Positions 38,005 through 51,960 are shown, counted from the whole stretch's first letter. The stretch is DNA of 63,229 bases, filler included, from Octopus bimaculoides (GCF_001194135.2; 5 parts of 5 records of this genome joined end to end with filler, not necessarily neighbours in it); one strand, 5' to 3'. Made by a program: numbers and translations. The notes: a model not told the origin generated them from the letters alone.

Positions 38005-40260
38005 CGATTCTAGGAACATTTGCCGTAAAAATTTTTGCCGCAGGAAATCTCGCCTCAGGAATTATCGACGTGGAAAACTTTGCCGTATGGGAAATTTCGC
38101 CGTAAGATAATTTCACCGTATAGATAATTTTGAACATATGGCAAGCAACCTGATTTAGAAAAATTCCAGTGTTGAATGTTAGATTTAATTGATTTTTGTT
38201 TTCTTTTTTTCTTTGTAAACATTATCATATTTATATTGTATTAATTTTATTTAAGCAGAATTTTTTTTATTTTGAAAACTTTATCATCTTCTAGATTGCT
38301 TTACTCCAACCACTGTAGTTTTTCCACGCTCTTCCCCGAACTCTTTACCATTACACAAAAGTGCCCAGGAAGGAAGAAAGGTGTAGGTTTGTGATGGATC
38401 GGCTTTTGTGAGTCATTTGGCTCTGTTTCAAACATTGGTGTATTTTGGTAAGGAAAAAAGCCTGGTATAAATGGGACTTTATTATTAAAAGCATTATTTA
38501 ACATTTCTTTTTTGGGGGTCAAACATTAGCAAATAAATTTCTAAAAGTGTAAATTTATTTAAAAACATATGAAGCGCTAAAAATTAACAAGTAATTTAAA
38601 ATGTTTGCAAATTCCAAGCAATGCTTCGTAAATAAAATGCTTTCTGCGTCGGACTGTAATGGAACATCTTCTGCTGAAGTTTTTCGTTAATATCAATATA
38701 TATTTTCTTCATTAGTATTGCATCTCCTCGATCTAAACCACACTTTCCTTTTCGTTAATGTCTCTTCCTTTTCAAATACGTAATAAGTTACCACAAATTT
38801 GGATGCATGTTTTTAATGGAGTTTTGCATTGCATTTTGGAAGCCTTCTACACTGTTTTTTGTTCTCATCATATTCTGGGTTCTTTCAAAAACATTCCACA
38901 ATTCAATATGGAATGTTGCCTGCTTTCTTCGTCTTCGCTCGTCTCCACCTCGTTCTCCTATATAGTGAATTTCAAAATATGATACAAATTCTTGGGGCAA
39001 ATCATTATCGTCAGTTACTTCAAGAAAACCATCAAAAACATCAAGCACTGGAAGAAATGGTAATGCAGTGAAGCATTTGATTTTGTTGTTAAATTCTGCG
39101 TCTGTTTGATAGAGAGATTTAAACCTATATTCACAATGTAGAAATACAAAAACTGTTACATTTGTTGTTGGAATATATTACAGAAAGCATTGATAATTGC
39201 TTTCTCGAAATCAACCATTAAGGTTTCGGGCCCTAAAGATGAGTGTAAGTCCTTCAAAGTGCTAAAAGCCTTCTGTACGTAACTTGTAATTTGGTACCAA
39301 AGCAAAAAGACGTGGTTAGCTAATATTTCGTATGACAATATGCAACGTGAGCAACTGATAATATATATCTGGGCTGCATTTAAAAGTATCAGCACAAGCC
39401 CAATCCTTATTATTCTCAAGGTCATCCAACCCAGCTTGTGTACTAAACACTAAAATTCTCTCCGGATTATCTTCACCACTCTTGTATAATAAAAATATCT
39501 CACCATTTTCAAGAAGACTATATTCTTGAGATATTATATACTTACTTCTTCCGGTTGGGATCGGGGAAGTTTGGCTTTTCTTTTGCCTCCACCTTCTAAT
39601 ATTGCGAGACAAATGCGATGACGTCGGCATCAGTGACAATGTATTATCATCCGAACTTGATGAAATTTCTGCAATTAACGACCGTAAAGAAGTTTGTGAA
39701 TTAGTGGTTAGTGATTTCAATTTCGTTTTTGCTATGCAAACTTTTGGCTTTGAAGGATGAGCAGGATGGCAATGCTTGCTGAATGTGTTACATATAGATA
39801 TATTATCATTTTCCAGCACGGTATGTACTCTTCCTTTACATTCTCTTTCACATTTCCAATTTGTCTTTTCGTCGTATTTTCTATCTTTCCTATAAACAAA
39901 GTTAAGATCATCAACTAATTTCACACCGCCTCTGCTAGTTCCCACTTGATAGACCATTGTAATGGGTTGACTACACAAGAAAATATTGTTGAATGAATAA
40001 AGAAATTTTGAACGAGTTCAGAAACTACTTTACCTCTTCTTATTGGTTCTCTAATAATATGATAGATAGGTTGGTTGAAACAAGTACATACCAAGTGAGC
40101 TATTCAACTTTTTTACGCTGAAATTGTCTTGCGGTAAAATTTCTTATGCGGCGAACTTTCCTATGGCAAAATTTCCTATGGGGCGAACTTTTCTACGGTC
40201 AAAAAATCCTGCGGCGAATTTTGCTGCGGCGAAAATATTTGCGGAAAACTTTCGGATACG
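38005..40260 (-). mobile_element. Mutator-like DNA transposon (FLYWCH + MULE domain, Phantom-type), full length, 2256 bp
   Basis: Perfect 8-bp TSD ATTAATAA at 37997-38004 and 40261-40268. Imperfect TIRs of ~100-120 bp built from sub-repeats (TTTGCCGYA / TTTCGCCGYA at left, inverted TRCGGCGAA at right). Both ends begin CG. Confidence 0.9.
38596..39957 (-). pseudogene. MULE transposase pseudogene (frameshifted)
   Basis: FLYWCH-like N-terminus (KLVDDLNFVYRKDRKYDEKTNWKCERECKGRVHT...KHCH). MULE core WACADTFKCSPDIYYQLLTLH (DGTF-like) and PETLMVDFEKAIINAF. Downstream YFEIHYIG...ELWNVFERTQNMMRTKNSVEGFQN...HPNLW and terminal YLRSIAWNL. Split over frames 39316-39978, 39156-39425 and 38788-39048. Confidence 0.88.
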
Positions 40261-42540
40261 ATTAATAAGTATCTCAAGGTGTATCTTGCTTACTTTAAAG
40301 TAGTATTTGAAGACTAGGACAAAACCTGGGCTCTTCGCCATGTTTGCAAAGTCCGTATTGAAACTTTACGTTCATGATCTCAAGGAAAGAATGCAAAGCT
40401 CACGTTTGGTGTGCCATGGTTTGGAGAGAACCAACAAACCATGTGGATAACTGCTACTTCTGTCTTGTTAATGTAAAAGGATTCAATATGTAAACCAAAC
40501 GACACTTGTAATACCCAGATTTCCCATCTGCCCGTCGACCGTTCGCACACTCCGAGGAAATACTTGTGCCTGTATTTATTGAGGTGCCACAGATTGATGA
40601 TAATGCCCTCAGTTCACCTACTACTGATGAATATGAACAGTTTATGCCATCTGATACAGACTGTGATAATTTTTTTTCTGTTTAGTCAGCCTAAATTGAA
40701 TGATTCGGTCAAGGATTTGTATTTGCCAAAGCAGTCGGTTGAATTGTTGGCTCCCAGGCTTCAAGGGAACAGGCTGCTGAAACCTGGCTCTTGAGTCTCC
40801 TTTTATCGTAGCAGAGAAGCATAACTGCGGAAGTACCTCCATTCTGATGGTTAGCTTGTTTAATACATGATACTGAGGGGGTTCTTAATATGGGACTAAC
40901 GGCATATGTTTCACGTGAGTGGAGACTTTTTATTGACAACTCTAAAAGCAGCTTCAAATGTGTTTGATTTACAATCCCAATAGGACATTCTATAAAAACG
41001 AAAGAGGAGTATGCCAACATCAAGATTGTTCATATTTTGTTATCACCAAGCTTAATTCTTACACGCTAATGTGCATTTACTCTCACAGCTATGTGTTTTG
41101 ATTTACTAGATTAATAAAAGACATATTATCTATTTAAAATTGCACTAACGTGTATTTAATTCTTCCTTTGCGAGCATTAAATAGCTGTTTGTAGCAGAAC
41201 TAGGTTTTATAGCTAAAAAAATTTGATGTGATAGACAAAATCGGGTGCTCGATTTGATTCAGTATCCCCAAATTAGTTAAAAACCATTGATAAACCTTGT
41301 TCCACAAAAACATGTGTTGATCGGTGTTATTCGGTGTTTATTCTATAGACAATTTATTTGTGTTATGTTATACGGTTAGTACTGTATAAAGAATGTAAGA
41401 ATGTATTGTGTGGGTTGTTACAGATGGGATTATATTTAGATTATGCGTTGGTTTGTGCGCCTTGCTATGTTTCCTACGCTTTTAATGTTCTTTATCATAC
41501 CTTGAACCTTAATTGACACAATTTTCTACCGTTATATCCCACATCCCACTTATTTTTATTCAAAGATCTTTGCACTTTCATGGTTTTACCATCTCCTTTG
41601 TTTTTTATGAGCCCTAATTGCTGACTGATTTATGGCAGAAGTAACTAAGAGTGCGGAGAGATGTTCGATGTTTTGTTTTCCGCTTTGAAATAGTAAAGTC
41701 ATCATTCAGAACAGAAGGGTTTTACATTTTATTTAAACTTTACATTTGGTTTTAACATAAACATATAGAAAGTAGATGACTGACATCCGTACCACCGTCA
41801 CCATAGTCACAACCAGGCAATGAGAGTGTTTGGTGACTGTGGTTGAAGCAAGAAAAGTGAAATGTAGAGATTAATCTGCTAAATCCCCGCCGCCATTCAT
41901 ATTTGTGCTTGTGTGTGTGTGTGTGTGTGTGTACGTGTGTGCGCGCGTGCGTGTGTATGTGTGCGTGTGTGTTTGTGCGTGTATATGCGTATGCGTGTGT
42001 TTTGGTGGGCGTATTTGTATATCTCAAATAGAGTGACATCATTCGAGAATCAAAATCAGATCTCCGAACTGAATCACTGAAAGATTCTACTGCGCTCAGC
42101 TCGACCATAACATTAATAACTGCAGTCTTACCAAAATATGTCCTACGTATTTTACTATCTTAAACTCAAATTCTTTGTCAGGTATTCATTAGATAAAGGT
42201 GTTGACCAGTATCTTCCTAGCAATCCAGTATTCATATTACAGTAAACACAATATTATACCACATTAAATTTATTTAGATGTAAACATCATACTTTCTATA
42301 AATTTCTTCCTAAACAATAATTTAATTTTAGTTTTGCGATCGCTATTTTTCTTTTTAGTTTTATTTATTTATTTTTTCGTTTTACACATCAGTCTAACTA
42401 TTGAATCCGTGCGGTAAAACTACGTGATCATTCTATATATTTATTCTGCTCAATTTCCATACTTATTTTCGATGCATCTAAGAAAAAAACTGTAAAAATA
42501 TTTTTCTCTCCACCTTCTTCCTACATCTCTTCAGTTTTGG

Positions 42541-42599
<59 letters not shown>

Positions 42600-42949
42600 A
42601 TATATGTATGTATGTTTGTATGTATGTGCGTGTGTGTGTGTGTGTTATTTTGTACGACTGTAATTTTTTCACTATCGAAAACTGTAATTATATTGATTCA
42701 AAGCAACGTGAATGTGAAAAACAACGATCTTTAATCGTCAAAACACAAATAGGAAAGAAACTAAAAATATTTGGAAAGGCAGACAGTAATTTATAGAGTA
42801 TATTTATATACATAGTTGTTGATGAAATCTCTGTACCATAAAAAATATTTCACGAATTCTTTACAAATAACTCAGAAGTTGCTTTTCTTGCCATCTCTCA
42901 AGAAAACAACTTACACTTGTGTATATTATTGCGTCTGCATTATCTCAAA

Positions 42950-43415
42950 AACACTAATAACATTGTGTAAAACGATTTTTCTCCTTGGGTAGCAATTATT
43001 ATTTCTTATTTACAAACCCCTAGAAAGTATGAAAAATTGCTATTTCCTTCCAACTTTACATTTGTTACATTTATTCAAACGTCGAAGAATCCCACTCAAC
43101 ACATGGTTATGATTCTCTCTCACTACTCCTGGTCATGATCAAGGATGCACATATTGTCAGCCACTAAGGCACATGCTTAAGTGGCGATGGTCAAACAACT
43201 AAGAAACAAATCTGTAATATTGAGCAGAATATTTACTATAACGATATTTCTGCTTCTGCAACTCAGCGCTGTCTGAAATGTAATGGAAAATAGGTCAGTT
43301 TCAAAACATTGATGTCCAAATAACAAAAACAAAGTTTGAGGGGAATAATAGTCATTTCTTTTGATTTCCAGATAGAAACAAATAGAAGATAACACTTATT
43401 GACTAAAGGCAAATT
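42950..43415 (+). repeat. Unclassified interspersed repeat, copy 2 (family D)
   Basis: Same motifs in the same order as 28200-28600, plus two short extra segments. Confidence 0.85.
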
Positions 43416-46400
43416 AAAATTGTGCTACACAGCGGAATTATATATTCTAAGTTATTTGATGTTCTACATTTGAAAGCGTGTGTACCCCGCTATAGTGGGT
43501 AGCGTTACGCATTTATCGAATTTAAGAGATCGTTGAAACGACGATAAAGAGCAGATTATCAGTAAGGATTTGAAAGAATCCTTATTGCACCGTAAACATT
43601 ACCCTCTGTGTGGAATAGTTTCAACTTTTTAGATAACAAGCACTCATCAATTTGACACAACAGACAATGTTCATAGATGTGAATCGTACCATTACGTCAT
43701 TTTCTCTGATGTTGGTGGAGTTAAGTGTCACACCCATTGTCTTTGAGCGACCAATTCAGATAAGATTTTTCTTCATCACTTACCATCCCAAGCAGCTAAT
43801 AAAAAAGAACAGGACAAAAAGGAGGTGTACGAGGGGAGTTGAAGATGTAAAATGGAAGGGGGAGATGAAGAAGAAGGAAGAGGATGAGTTTATAACTAAC
43901 ACTTGATACTGGTGATTGTTGTAACAGGAGGAAGAATATATTCACGTGGTAGGGGATTAGAATTTGGATTTGGGCGAAATGAGCATTGTTTCTATGAGGT
44001 TTTCCGATTAACCACACCATACCGTACTTTAATAGAGGACAATATTGTATGCGATAGGAAAACCACGATGCGTTTTAACGATTTGAAGATTTACCCTCAA
44101 ATATCTCTCTTTGAAAGTGAAGGATTCATAGCATAATGTAGCTTAAATACAAAACTTGGCATTTTCGGTTTGATAGGTTTTAATCTGAGTAATGTGAGCA
44201 CTAGGTCAACATTTTATTGTGAGGAACACAACAGCCATGACACTTTTCAGGCTTCCATGGTTGCAGAGGAGGCAGAAAGTAATCCGAAGTCTCGAGACTT
44301 AGACTGATTGAAAGCATGCAGCATATTGTAATCCACTAAATCCACTGACGAGACAGCTGTTGGTGTTAAGCTGTGTGACGGATGACATCAAACGTAGGAA
44401 TCAGTGATCACCTCCGACAGACTTCTGACAAATTTTTTTCAGAAGGTTCTACTAGATCAGATGCTATGGAAGGTGCTGAAATGTTAGACCGAGCGTAAAA
44501 CTACCTAATGGTAAAATGAACTTCCGAAATTCACAGTTGTGGTTGCATCCATAAACCAAGAATAAACGGGATGACAATGCTGATAATTATGTAAAATGAG
44601 AGAACTCCAGTTCGTTAGCCAGTTTTTACAAGTGTTTGCAGTCCCTTCAATTATATATGTAATGCATCGAAAGATCGTATTAATGCCACACTGTATCAGG
44701 AGATAAAGTAGATAGAAGAGAAGATACTATTATGAGAATCAAAAGAACGTGAAATACTACTCTGGTTTTCAATGCTTCTCCACATTACTGAAGAGAAAAA
44801 CTATGATAGAATATGACGAAACCGATCCCCAGTGGTCTTCTGATGAAGATAATGTCGTGCAGTGAAAGCAATATGTGAAATATAAATACCCGAGCTTCTA
44901 AGAAATAGTTACTTTGGATGTTTTTTTATCTCCTTTCTCTGTCCTGAATTTTAAAAGTTTCACGTTATGTTAAGCATTTCTTGAATATTTAGGAATTACG
45001 TGCACGCAATACTTGCGTGTGGTTGTTGCGGTCTTATATGCAATGTTTATGAGAAAAACGACACGATTACAGTTGGAACACTTTAAGACAAAGGCCTGCT
45101 CAACTGAGGCTGACACGGGGCTAACCAATATCACTATCAACATCATGTCAATGCTGAGAACAAAATTCTCTGTAACTGAAACATCACTTATTTTCAATCT
45201 AAAATTTCCGAAAACTAAAAACTCGGAAAATGTTTAATAGACACTATTTATAATGAGTTGGTATAGCTTGAATTTAGACCGTGTGAGAAAGTGCGCACAT
45301 GCGTGTATGTGTCTGTGTAAGTTTTGCATGCAATGAGATTTTCACCAAGTAAAGCATACAAGTAATGCTTATCGCTCATTATTTGTTATATGTATTTGTA
45401 ATCGTGACATTTTACTGATAAGTGTGAGAATATAATATTCTTTCATTTCTGAACATAAAGGTATTGTAATAGCTAATATCGAGAATCAAAACCAGGGCCT
45501 CGGCTTGGTTAAGACAACCTAACTCTAAGGCACTGGTCATTACATTTGTGAATATCAAGCCTATTTTTGGATTATTAGAACTGCATTCTTAACCGAACCT
45601 CATTGTGATACAATTGTACAACTGATTTTGAGAACATTAGAATATCATTAGCGTCATTTTATCCAACTGGGAAGGATAGAAGGCTATATGTCCTCATCTG
45701 AATCTGAACTCGAAAAAGATAGAGACACAGTGATAAGACTGTCTTCTTTACAATATAAAGAGCTTTTCAATTGCGCCAACTCACCGTTTATAATCTTTTC
45801 TTATTGATATTATCTTCGGGAAATAACTGTAACGTATAGTGATAAGTTTTACAATTAGGTAAAAATCTTTGTTCTGACTCAAACTTAGAAGAAAATTGAC
45901 TTATATCTATGGTCAAGAAATAAAAACACTTAGTTGATCTATTCTTAGCTTCCATTAACGAATTGCAACCTAATGTCTGGAACTAATGTTTTCAACGAAA
46001 TAATCGATATTTGTAATTCCATTCACTATTAGTTAGCTTACTGATTATTCCGAAAACAAATGACTTAGTTGTTTCATTCTCTATAACATACGAATTGCGA
46101 CAACATTTGATCTCGATAATATACATACAATCTTACGCTATTCATCAATTACTTCGTTCCCCCATCTTCGAATTGTTCATACACAGACAATTCTTAACTC
46201 TTAACTAACCTTCTTACTGTCTACTAGGTGAAGTAGAAAATTATCTTTTAACCACGACACGCACAACACCAACAATGAGATAGAATTCACATCTACTTTA
46301 TGACAGACTGTAACATCTTATCTATCTCGACCAATGCGAACCCATGCGATATCTAAAACTCTAAGAGTTTTAAACTATAACAGTAAAATGATTTATTTGG

Positions 46401-47294
46401 TTGCATAAAAAGAAATATTTTTTCCTTGGCATTTTCTTTTTCATCGTGTCTGCTAAGACATTCAGCATAAAGTCCAGACAGTTAATGTTTACTCTTATTT
46501 CAATCGAAGGAAAATAAAATAAATAAATGCAAAGTAATAAAAGCATAAAGCACAGGAAGCCATCAAGTACATGAGTTGAAGGGAAAGTTAGCAGATTAAT
46601 AATAAATTTTACTTCTGGTTTCTCAGAATTTTGTACAATTTTTCCTGACAGATAAGCGCTTAATGCAATTATTGGCGGCTGGGAAATATGAACAAAGAAG
46701 GTTTTTAATATGGGTCTTATGGGATATAATTTCTTAATGCAAGATAATAGATTGCTTTTCAGAAGAATTTCTAAGGTATATGGAATGACTTGGTAAATGG
46801 AAGCATGTTTTTTTAAGTAATGGCATATATTTCCTCATTATACAGCATATTGTTTAAATTTCTAAAATAGAAGTTTGCTTTTACTTTCATCCCTCTGGGG
46901 ATAATAAAATATATAAAGTGTGAAAGTGACAAGCTAATTTAAATAATTAACAATTTCGGGCTAACAAAAATGCCTTGTAATTTTAATTTCTACACAAAGT
47001 TTCAATCGGGTTTTTCACTACTCCTCATTGGGTGCTATATTTCTAAATGTGCATATGCTATCCTTGAATAAGGTTTCTGATTTTGGATATTAACGTTCTC
47101 AGCCCTTACACAATATGTAGTAACAAATACAATTTTCATAGTGTTCGTTTGCTGTAATTGTAATTCCTGTCCAACGTGTTATGGAATTCTTCTGGTTGCA
47201 CCATATAATGAATGTATGTATGTGTATGTGTGTGAGTGCATGTATCTGTGAGTTTATGTGTATATACATATGTATATATGCAATCATCACCAAA

Positions 47295-47338
<44 letters not shown>

Positions 47339-47367
47339 TGTGTGTGTGTGTATGTGTGTGTGTAGTT

Positions 47368-47404
<37 letters not shown>

Positions 47405-48343
47405 AAATAGAAAAAGGAGCAAAAATGCTGGAGAATCATGTGGCAAAATTATGAAGTGAAAATATTTGTAAATCATATATATAAAAAGGGGAAGAGAAAT
47501 GCCTTCATTTCAAATAGTTTTAATATCTTCTTATTAAAAACATATATATACATATTTTCTCCACTTTAAATTTATATTAGTTTATGTTGCACTCATATCG
47601 AATGCTCATATTGAATTGCCTTAAGTATCCTTTATCCTAGTTTCCTCCCCATATCAAATCGTATTGTAATAAAGCTGGCATAAAATAAAGTAAAATGAAT
47701 AGCAAGGAGAGACATATATAATTAACTCAAACATTATGTTACAGGTTGTGATAAAAAACTAGACTGTCTGACGCTTTTCTCCCTCCTAGCCCCAGCATAC
47801 TCAGTAACTGCCTTGGAAGCTCTAAATCTTTTGTACGCCCTACCCACTAACTAACCTCTCTCGTTCCAAGCCAGCCTTGGCTGGGATCAGGTATGGTTCG
47901 CCCAATGTGATCATTTGTTGTTATATTGCTTGAAATGCTATATATCATCTGAAGGAAGCGGTGATTTTGTTGTAATGTAATGTACTCATTAATGTATTAA
48001 AAAATATATTGAAAACAACTGTAATTCATTGTTTGTTATTTATATGTGTGCGCGCGCGCGTGTATACATACATGTATATACAGACGCTGCCTTCTTCAAA
48101 TGATGACTGGAGATTAAATATATAAAGGCCTTTATATATTTAATCCTTTATATTGAACACTCAGTATTTCATCTATTCAATAAGACATATTCCATATATT
48201 GAATAAGACATTCAATACTTTATTTCATTGTACCATCCATTTTTATATTATATATTGTATATTCCATATTCTATATCCCACATTAACTTTACAAGAATAT
48301 AAATAAAACATAAAAAACAGACAGAGTTGGAACTCTTTTAAAC

Positions 48344-48388
<45 letters not shown>

Positions 48389-48711
48389 AGGCTAAAACGT
48401 TTAAAGCGTATATCAGAAGTGAATAAAATTATAAATAAACATTTAACCGTCATCAAGCCTCACTGTAATGATTCTAGCTATTTCAAGGCTTACAGGAAAT
48501 TGATATATTGGAGTTGAGATATAAAAACAGGAAATATACATTTGAAAATGCGTGACTAGGGCGGTGAAAACAGGGAGAATGTATGCTTAATCTAAGCGGC
48601 TAGAATTGCAAATAGGAAAACATAGTTAGGTTCGCTTAAAGATGAAATTAAAAACATATGACTTGCTATGATAAAAATTATCCATTTTCCGATTACTATT
48701 CTTTTAATTTT

Positions 48712-49058
48712 TTTTACTTGTTTCAGTCATTTGACTGCGGCCATGTTGGAGCGCTACCGTTAGTCGAACAAATCGACCCCAGGACTTATACTTTGTAAGC
48801 CTAGTACTTAATCTGTCGGTCTCTTTTGCCGAACCGCTAGTTTACGGAAACGTAAACACACCCACACCAATTGACAANNNNNNNNNNTATATATATTTAC
48901 GACGAGCTTCTTTCAGTTTCCGTCTAGCAAATCCACTCACAAGGTTTTGGTCGGCCAGAGGCTATAGTAGAAGACACTTGCTCAAAGTGCAATGTAGTGG
49001 GACTGAAACCGGAACCGTGTGGCTAGGAAGCAAGCTACTTACCACACAGCCACGCCTT
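48712..49058 (-). mobile_element. SINE family A, near complete
   Basis: Same head, body and tail as 26291-26729; the internal microsatellite coincides with a small N gap. Confidence 0.88.
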
Positions 49059-49242
49059 CAGCAAACATATATATATAAAGAAAAGATAACACAAAAGTGT
49101 AATACGTACGTGTAGCTTTTCTCGATTTGTCAAGGTGCTGAACGTAGGGATGCTAGTTGTTATTCGAGCCTATGCGGGATTTATTGCCTGTATAATAGTT
49201 CTTACATACTCCCAACATATTTTCTAATAGTTTGTGAGTCAA

Positions 49243-50147
49243 TGGGCAGATAAAAACAAAATGAAACTAAGCGAGGAAAAATTTGAGCTGATGCATTTTG
49301 GAAGAAAGTCTATCCTAAAATAGCCATACTCTCTTCCTTCAGGGAAACCGCTCATAGCATCCAACAGTATCAGAAATCTTGGTGTAATTGTTGACAACAA
49401 TCTCAATTGGAGTGCCCACATCAACAATAAGGTCAATATAGCTCGTAGGATGAGCTCCTGGATCTTAAGAACCTTCCGGTCCAGAGAACAAGGTATTATC
49501 ATTCCACTTTTCTCCTCCTTTGTACGGCCACACCTCGAATACTGCTGCCCATTGTGGTCTCCCCATACAAAACAAAACATTTCGAGGATTGAATCACCCA
49601 AGAGGGCACTCACCAAACGAATTGAAGGCATGACTTATCTTAATTACTGGGACCGCCTTAAAGCCTTGAAACTCTACTCTCTCCAGCGCCGCCGCGAGCG
49701 GTACATCATCTGTTCGATGTGGAAAATATACCACCAGCATTGCCCAAACGACCTGAACATTAGTTTCAAGGTTCATCCAAGGCTGAGACCACAAGCCATA
49801 CGTCCCCTGCCCAATTCATGATCACAATATATAGGTACACTGCGGCATAATTTCTTTTCCTCAACAGGCCCTGCCGTGTTTAACGTTGTCCCGAAACAGA
49901 TAAAAGAGGAAAAGGATCCTATCAGTTTTAAACGGAGTCTAAACTGTTTTCTTCAAAGAATACCAGACGAGTCACCCATACCTGGATACAACTCACTCAA
50001 TAAGAACTCACTACTTGAATGGACCATAAACAAAACTTGACTGTAAAAAGAATTTAGATAATCCTATCAGGTGGTGCTATTAAGTTAGACATGGCCTGGA
50101 CCAATCTTTGGTCGAAACATATCTCAGTTTTATCTAAGTTTTATCAG
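49243..50147 (+). mobile_element. CR1/L2-group LINE, 5'-truncated RT C-terminus plus 3' UTR
   Basis: WADKNKMKLSEEKFELMHFG...IRNLGVIVDNNLNWSAHIN...WILRTFRSR...FVRPHLEYCCPLWSPH...LKALKLYSLQRRRERY. Ends in short TTTTATCTAAG-type repeats. Confidence 0.88.
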
Positions 50148-50354
50148 TTGCTTCTATTATATATAAATGCTTGTCAATGAATATGTCGTTGTTTCCATAT
50201 CAACTTAATCTCTACCAACGGGTTATAGTGGTCATGGAAATCTTTAGGGAGACTGACCCAAGTGAAGTTTCAACTAATCAGATATTATGCTAAGACAACG
50301 ATATGGAAATGCTACGCAGTTACCCGCAGATAAATGCACACGTACACACCACAC

Positions 50355-50424
<70 letters not shown>

Positions 50425-50971
50425 ATACATGTGGATATATGCATGTATATATGTATATATGTTTATACACGCGTATCAATATGAACATTTACATATACAT
50501 ATATAAACAAAAAGAAATAACGGATACCATGTAAGAGACTGAGATGAAGCCAATGCTTAGTAAATGTAATTATTGCAGAAAATGGAAAACAGAAATATAT
50601 ATTACGACTAAACGTAGAAATCTCTGGATATGAGGGCAGTAAGTTCAGGGTATAGTTTGTAATTATTGCATGTGATTATGTGTACATTGTATTAAACATT
50701 AGATAACCATTATATTGATTATTTATAAGCAGAACTGATAAACGAAAACTTGCAATTTCGTTCGTGTACATGCTAATATGGCCTTTCATATTAGCAAACA
50801 TAAGAAAGGCAACGCCGTTATCTGATATGTATATGAATGAATATGCGTATTTACATATACGAGTATGCATACACGCACTCTTATTTAGATGTAGAGATAA
50901 ATTGATAGATAGGTCCATAGATATTGATAAAAAATGCATATAATCGAATATACGTATATATACGAAAATAC

Positions 50972-51072
<101 letters not shown>

Positions 51073-51102
51073 TATATATATATATACGAATATACGTATA
51101 GC

Positions 51103-51265
51103 ACCGCCTTTAGTCGAACAAATCGGCCCCAGAACTTATTCTTTGTAGACCTAGTACTTATTCTATCGGTCGCTTTGTCGAACCGCTAATTTACAGGGAT
51201 GTAAACACACAAACATCGGTTGTCAATCGATGGTGGGGGGACAAACACTGACACACAAATACATA
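51103..51265 (-). mobile_element. SINE family A, 3' half
   Basis: GCACCGCCTTTAGTCGAACAAATCG...CATCGGTTGTCAATCGATGGTGGGGGGACAAAC. Confidence 0.85.
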
Positions 51266-51437
51266 CATACATATATGTTTATATACATATATGTTTATAT
51301 ACATATATGTTTATATATATATATATANNNNNNNNNNNNNNNNNNNNNNNNNNNNNNNNNNNNNNNNNNNNTTAATTAATTAANNNNNNNNNNNNNNNNN
51401 NNNNNNNNNNNNNNNNNNNNNNNNNNNATATATATCG

Positions 51438-51471
<34 letters not shown>

Positions 51472-51761
51472 GTATATATATGTATATGCATGTAAGTATG
51501 TATGTATTTAAGTATGTATTCAAACAGACGAGTTGGTCATGAGTGGAACAGCTTTAATAATAAGTCTACTTGATTTGATGGATGATATGAAGTGAAAAGT
51601 CACCACCCTCACCACCACCACCACCAAAAGTAGAGTTAATTGCCCTGTTATTTCTAACCTTGTTTTGAGTCACCACATAATTATACGTTGAGTGGCTGTG
51701 ATGGTGGTGATGACGACGGTGGTGTGGCATTGTTGTCGATTCTGTTCGCTATTTTTTATAA

Positions 51762-51960
51762 CCCTAGGTCAGTTTTGACCGAGCTGACCTACAAGTACAC
51801 TCAATGGTTACCCATCGGTGACCACCCCGTCTGAAATTCCCAACTCGATGGTTTCTGCCCCTCTCGAGACCTTTGAGCTGACATTTCAGATGTATGCCCA
51901 ACGATGTTCCAGCCGTGGCCATCCTGTCTTTTATTCAGACATAGTGTATCTAGGACTACA
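51762..51960 (+). repeat. Unclassified short interspersed repeat (family C); related pieces at ~16680-16860 (+), ~28960-29040 (+), ~45045-45125 (-)
   Basis: Shared degenerate block resembling GATCAAAG..RTTCCA.CYRTGRCCATC, usually preceded by AACCCTA.GTC or AGCCCCG.GTCAG. Confidence 0.55.

Larger units (their letters stand above)
37604..41326 (+). mobile_element. Chapaev3-like (CMC superfamily) DNA transposon, internally deleted and interrupted by the MULE element
   Basis: Relic ORF starts ATG 37901 (MVARSKRRKYFNDSEILCYIYGNFTP*AQRRNIN) and resumes in frame at 40269 (KYLKVYLAYFKVVFED*DKTWALRHVCK; MVWREPTNHVDNCYFCLVNVKGF; YPDFPSARRPFAHSEE; FSQPKLNDSVKDLYLPKQSVELLAPRLQ; EWRLFIDNSKSSFKCV; PIGHS...KEEYANIK). 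Subterminal inverted similarity 37655-37714 vs 41222-41283. Both ends are flanked by TTA (37601-3, 41327-9). Family assignment is from remembered motifs. Confidence 0.75.

Noticed and set aside
44842-44875. CTGATGAAG...GAAAG, a possible hammerhead core
   Set aside because: No pairing for stem I or stem II and no NUH triplet in register.
44970-45237. 75-aa ORFs on both strands that read like an exon (…LKCSNCNRVVF…)
   Set aside because: The core overlaps a copy of interspersed repeat family C.
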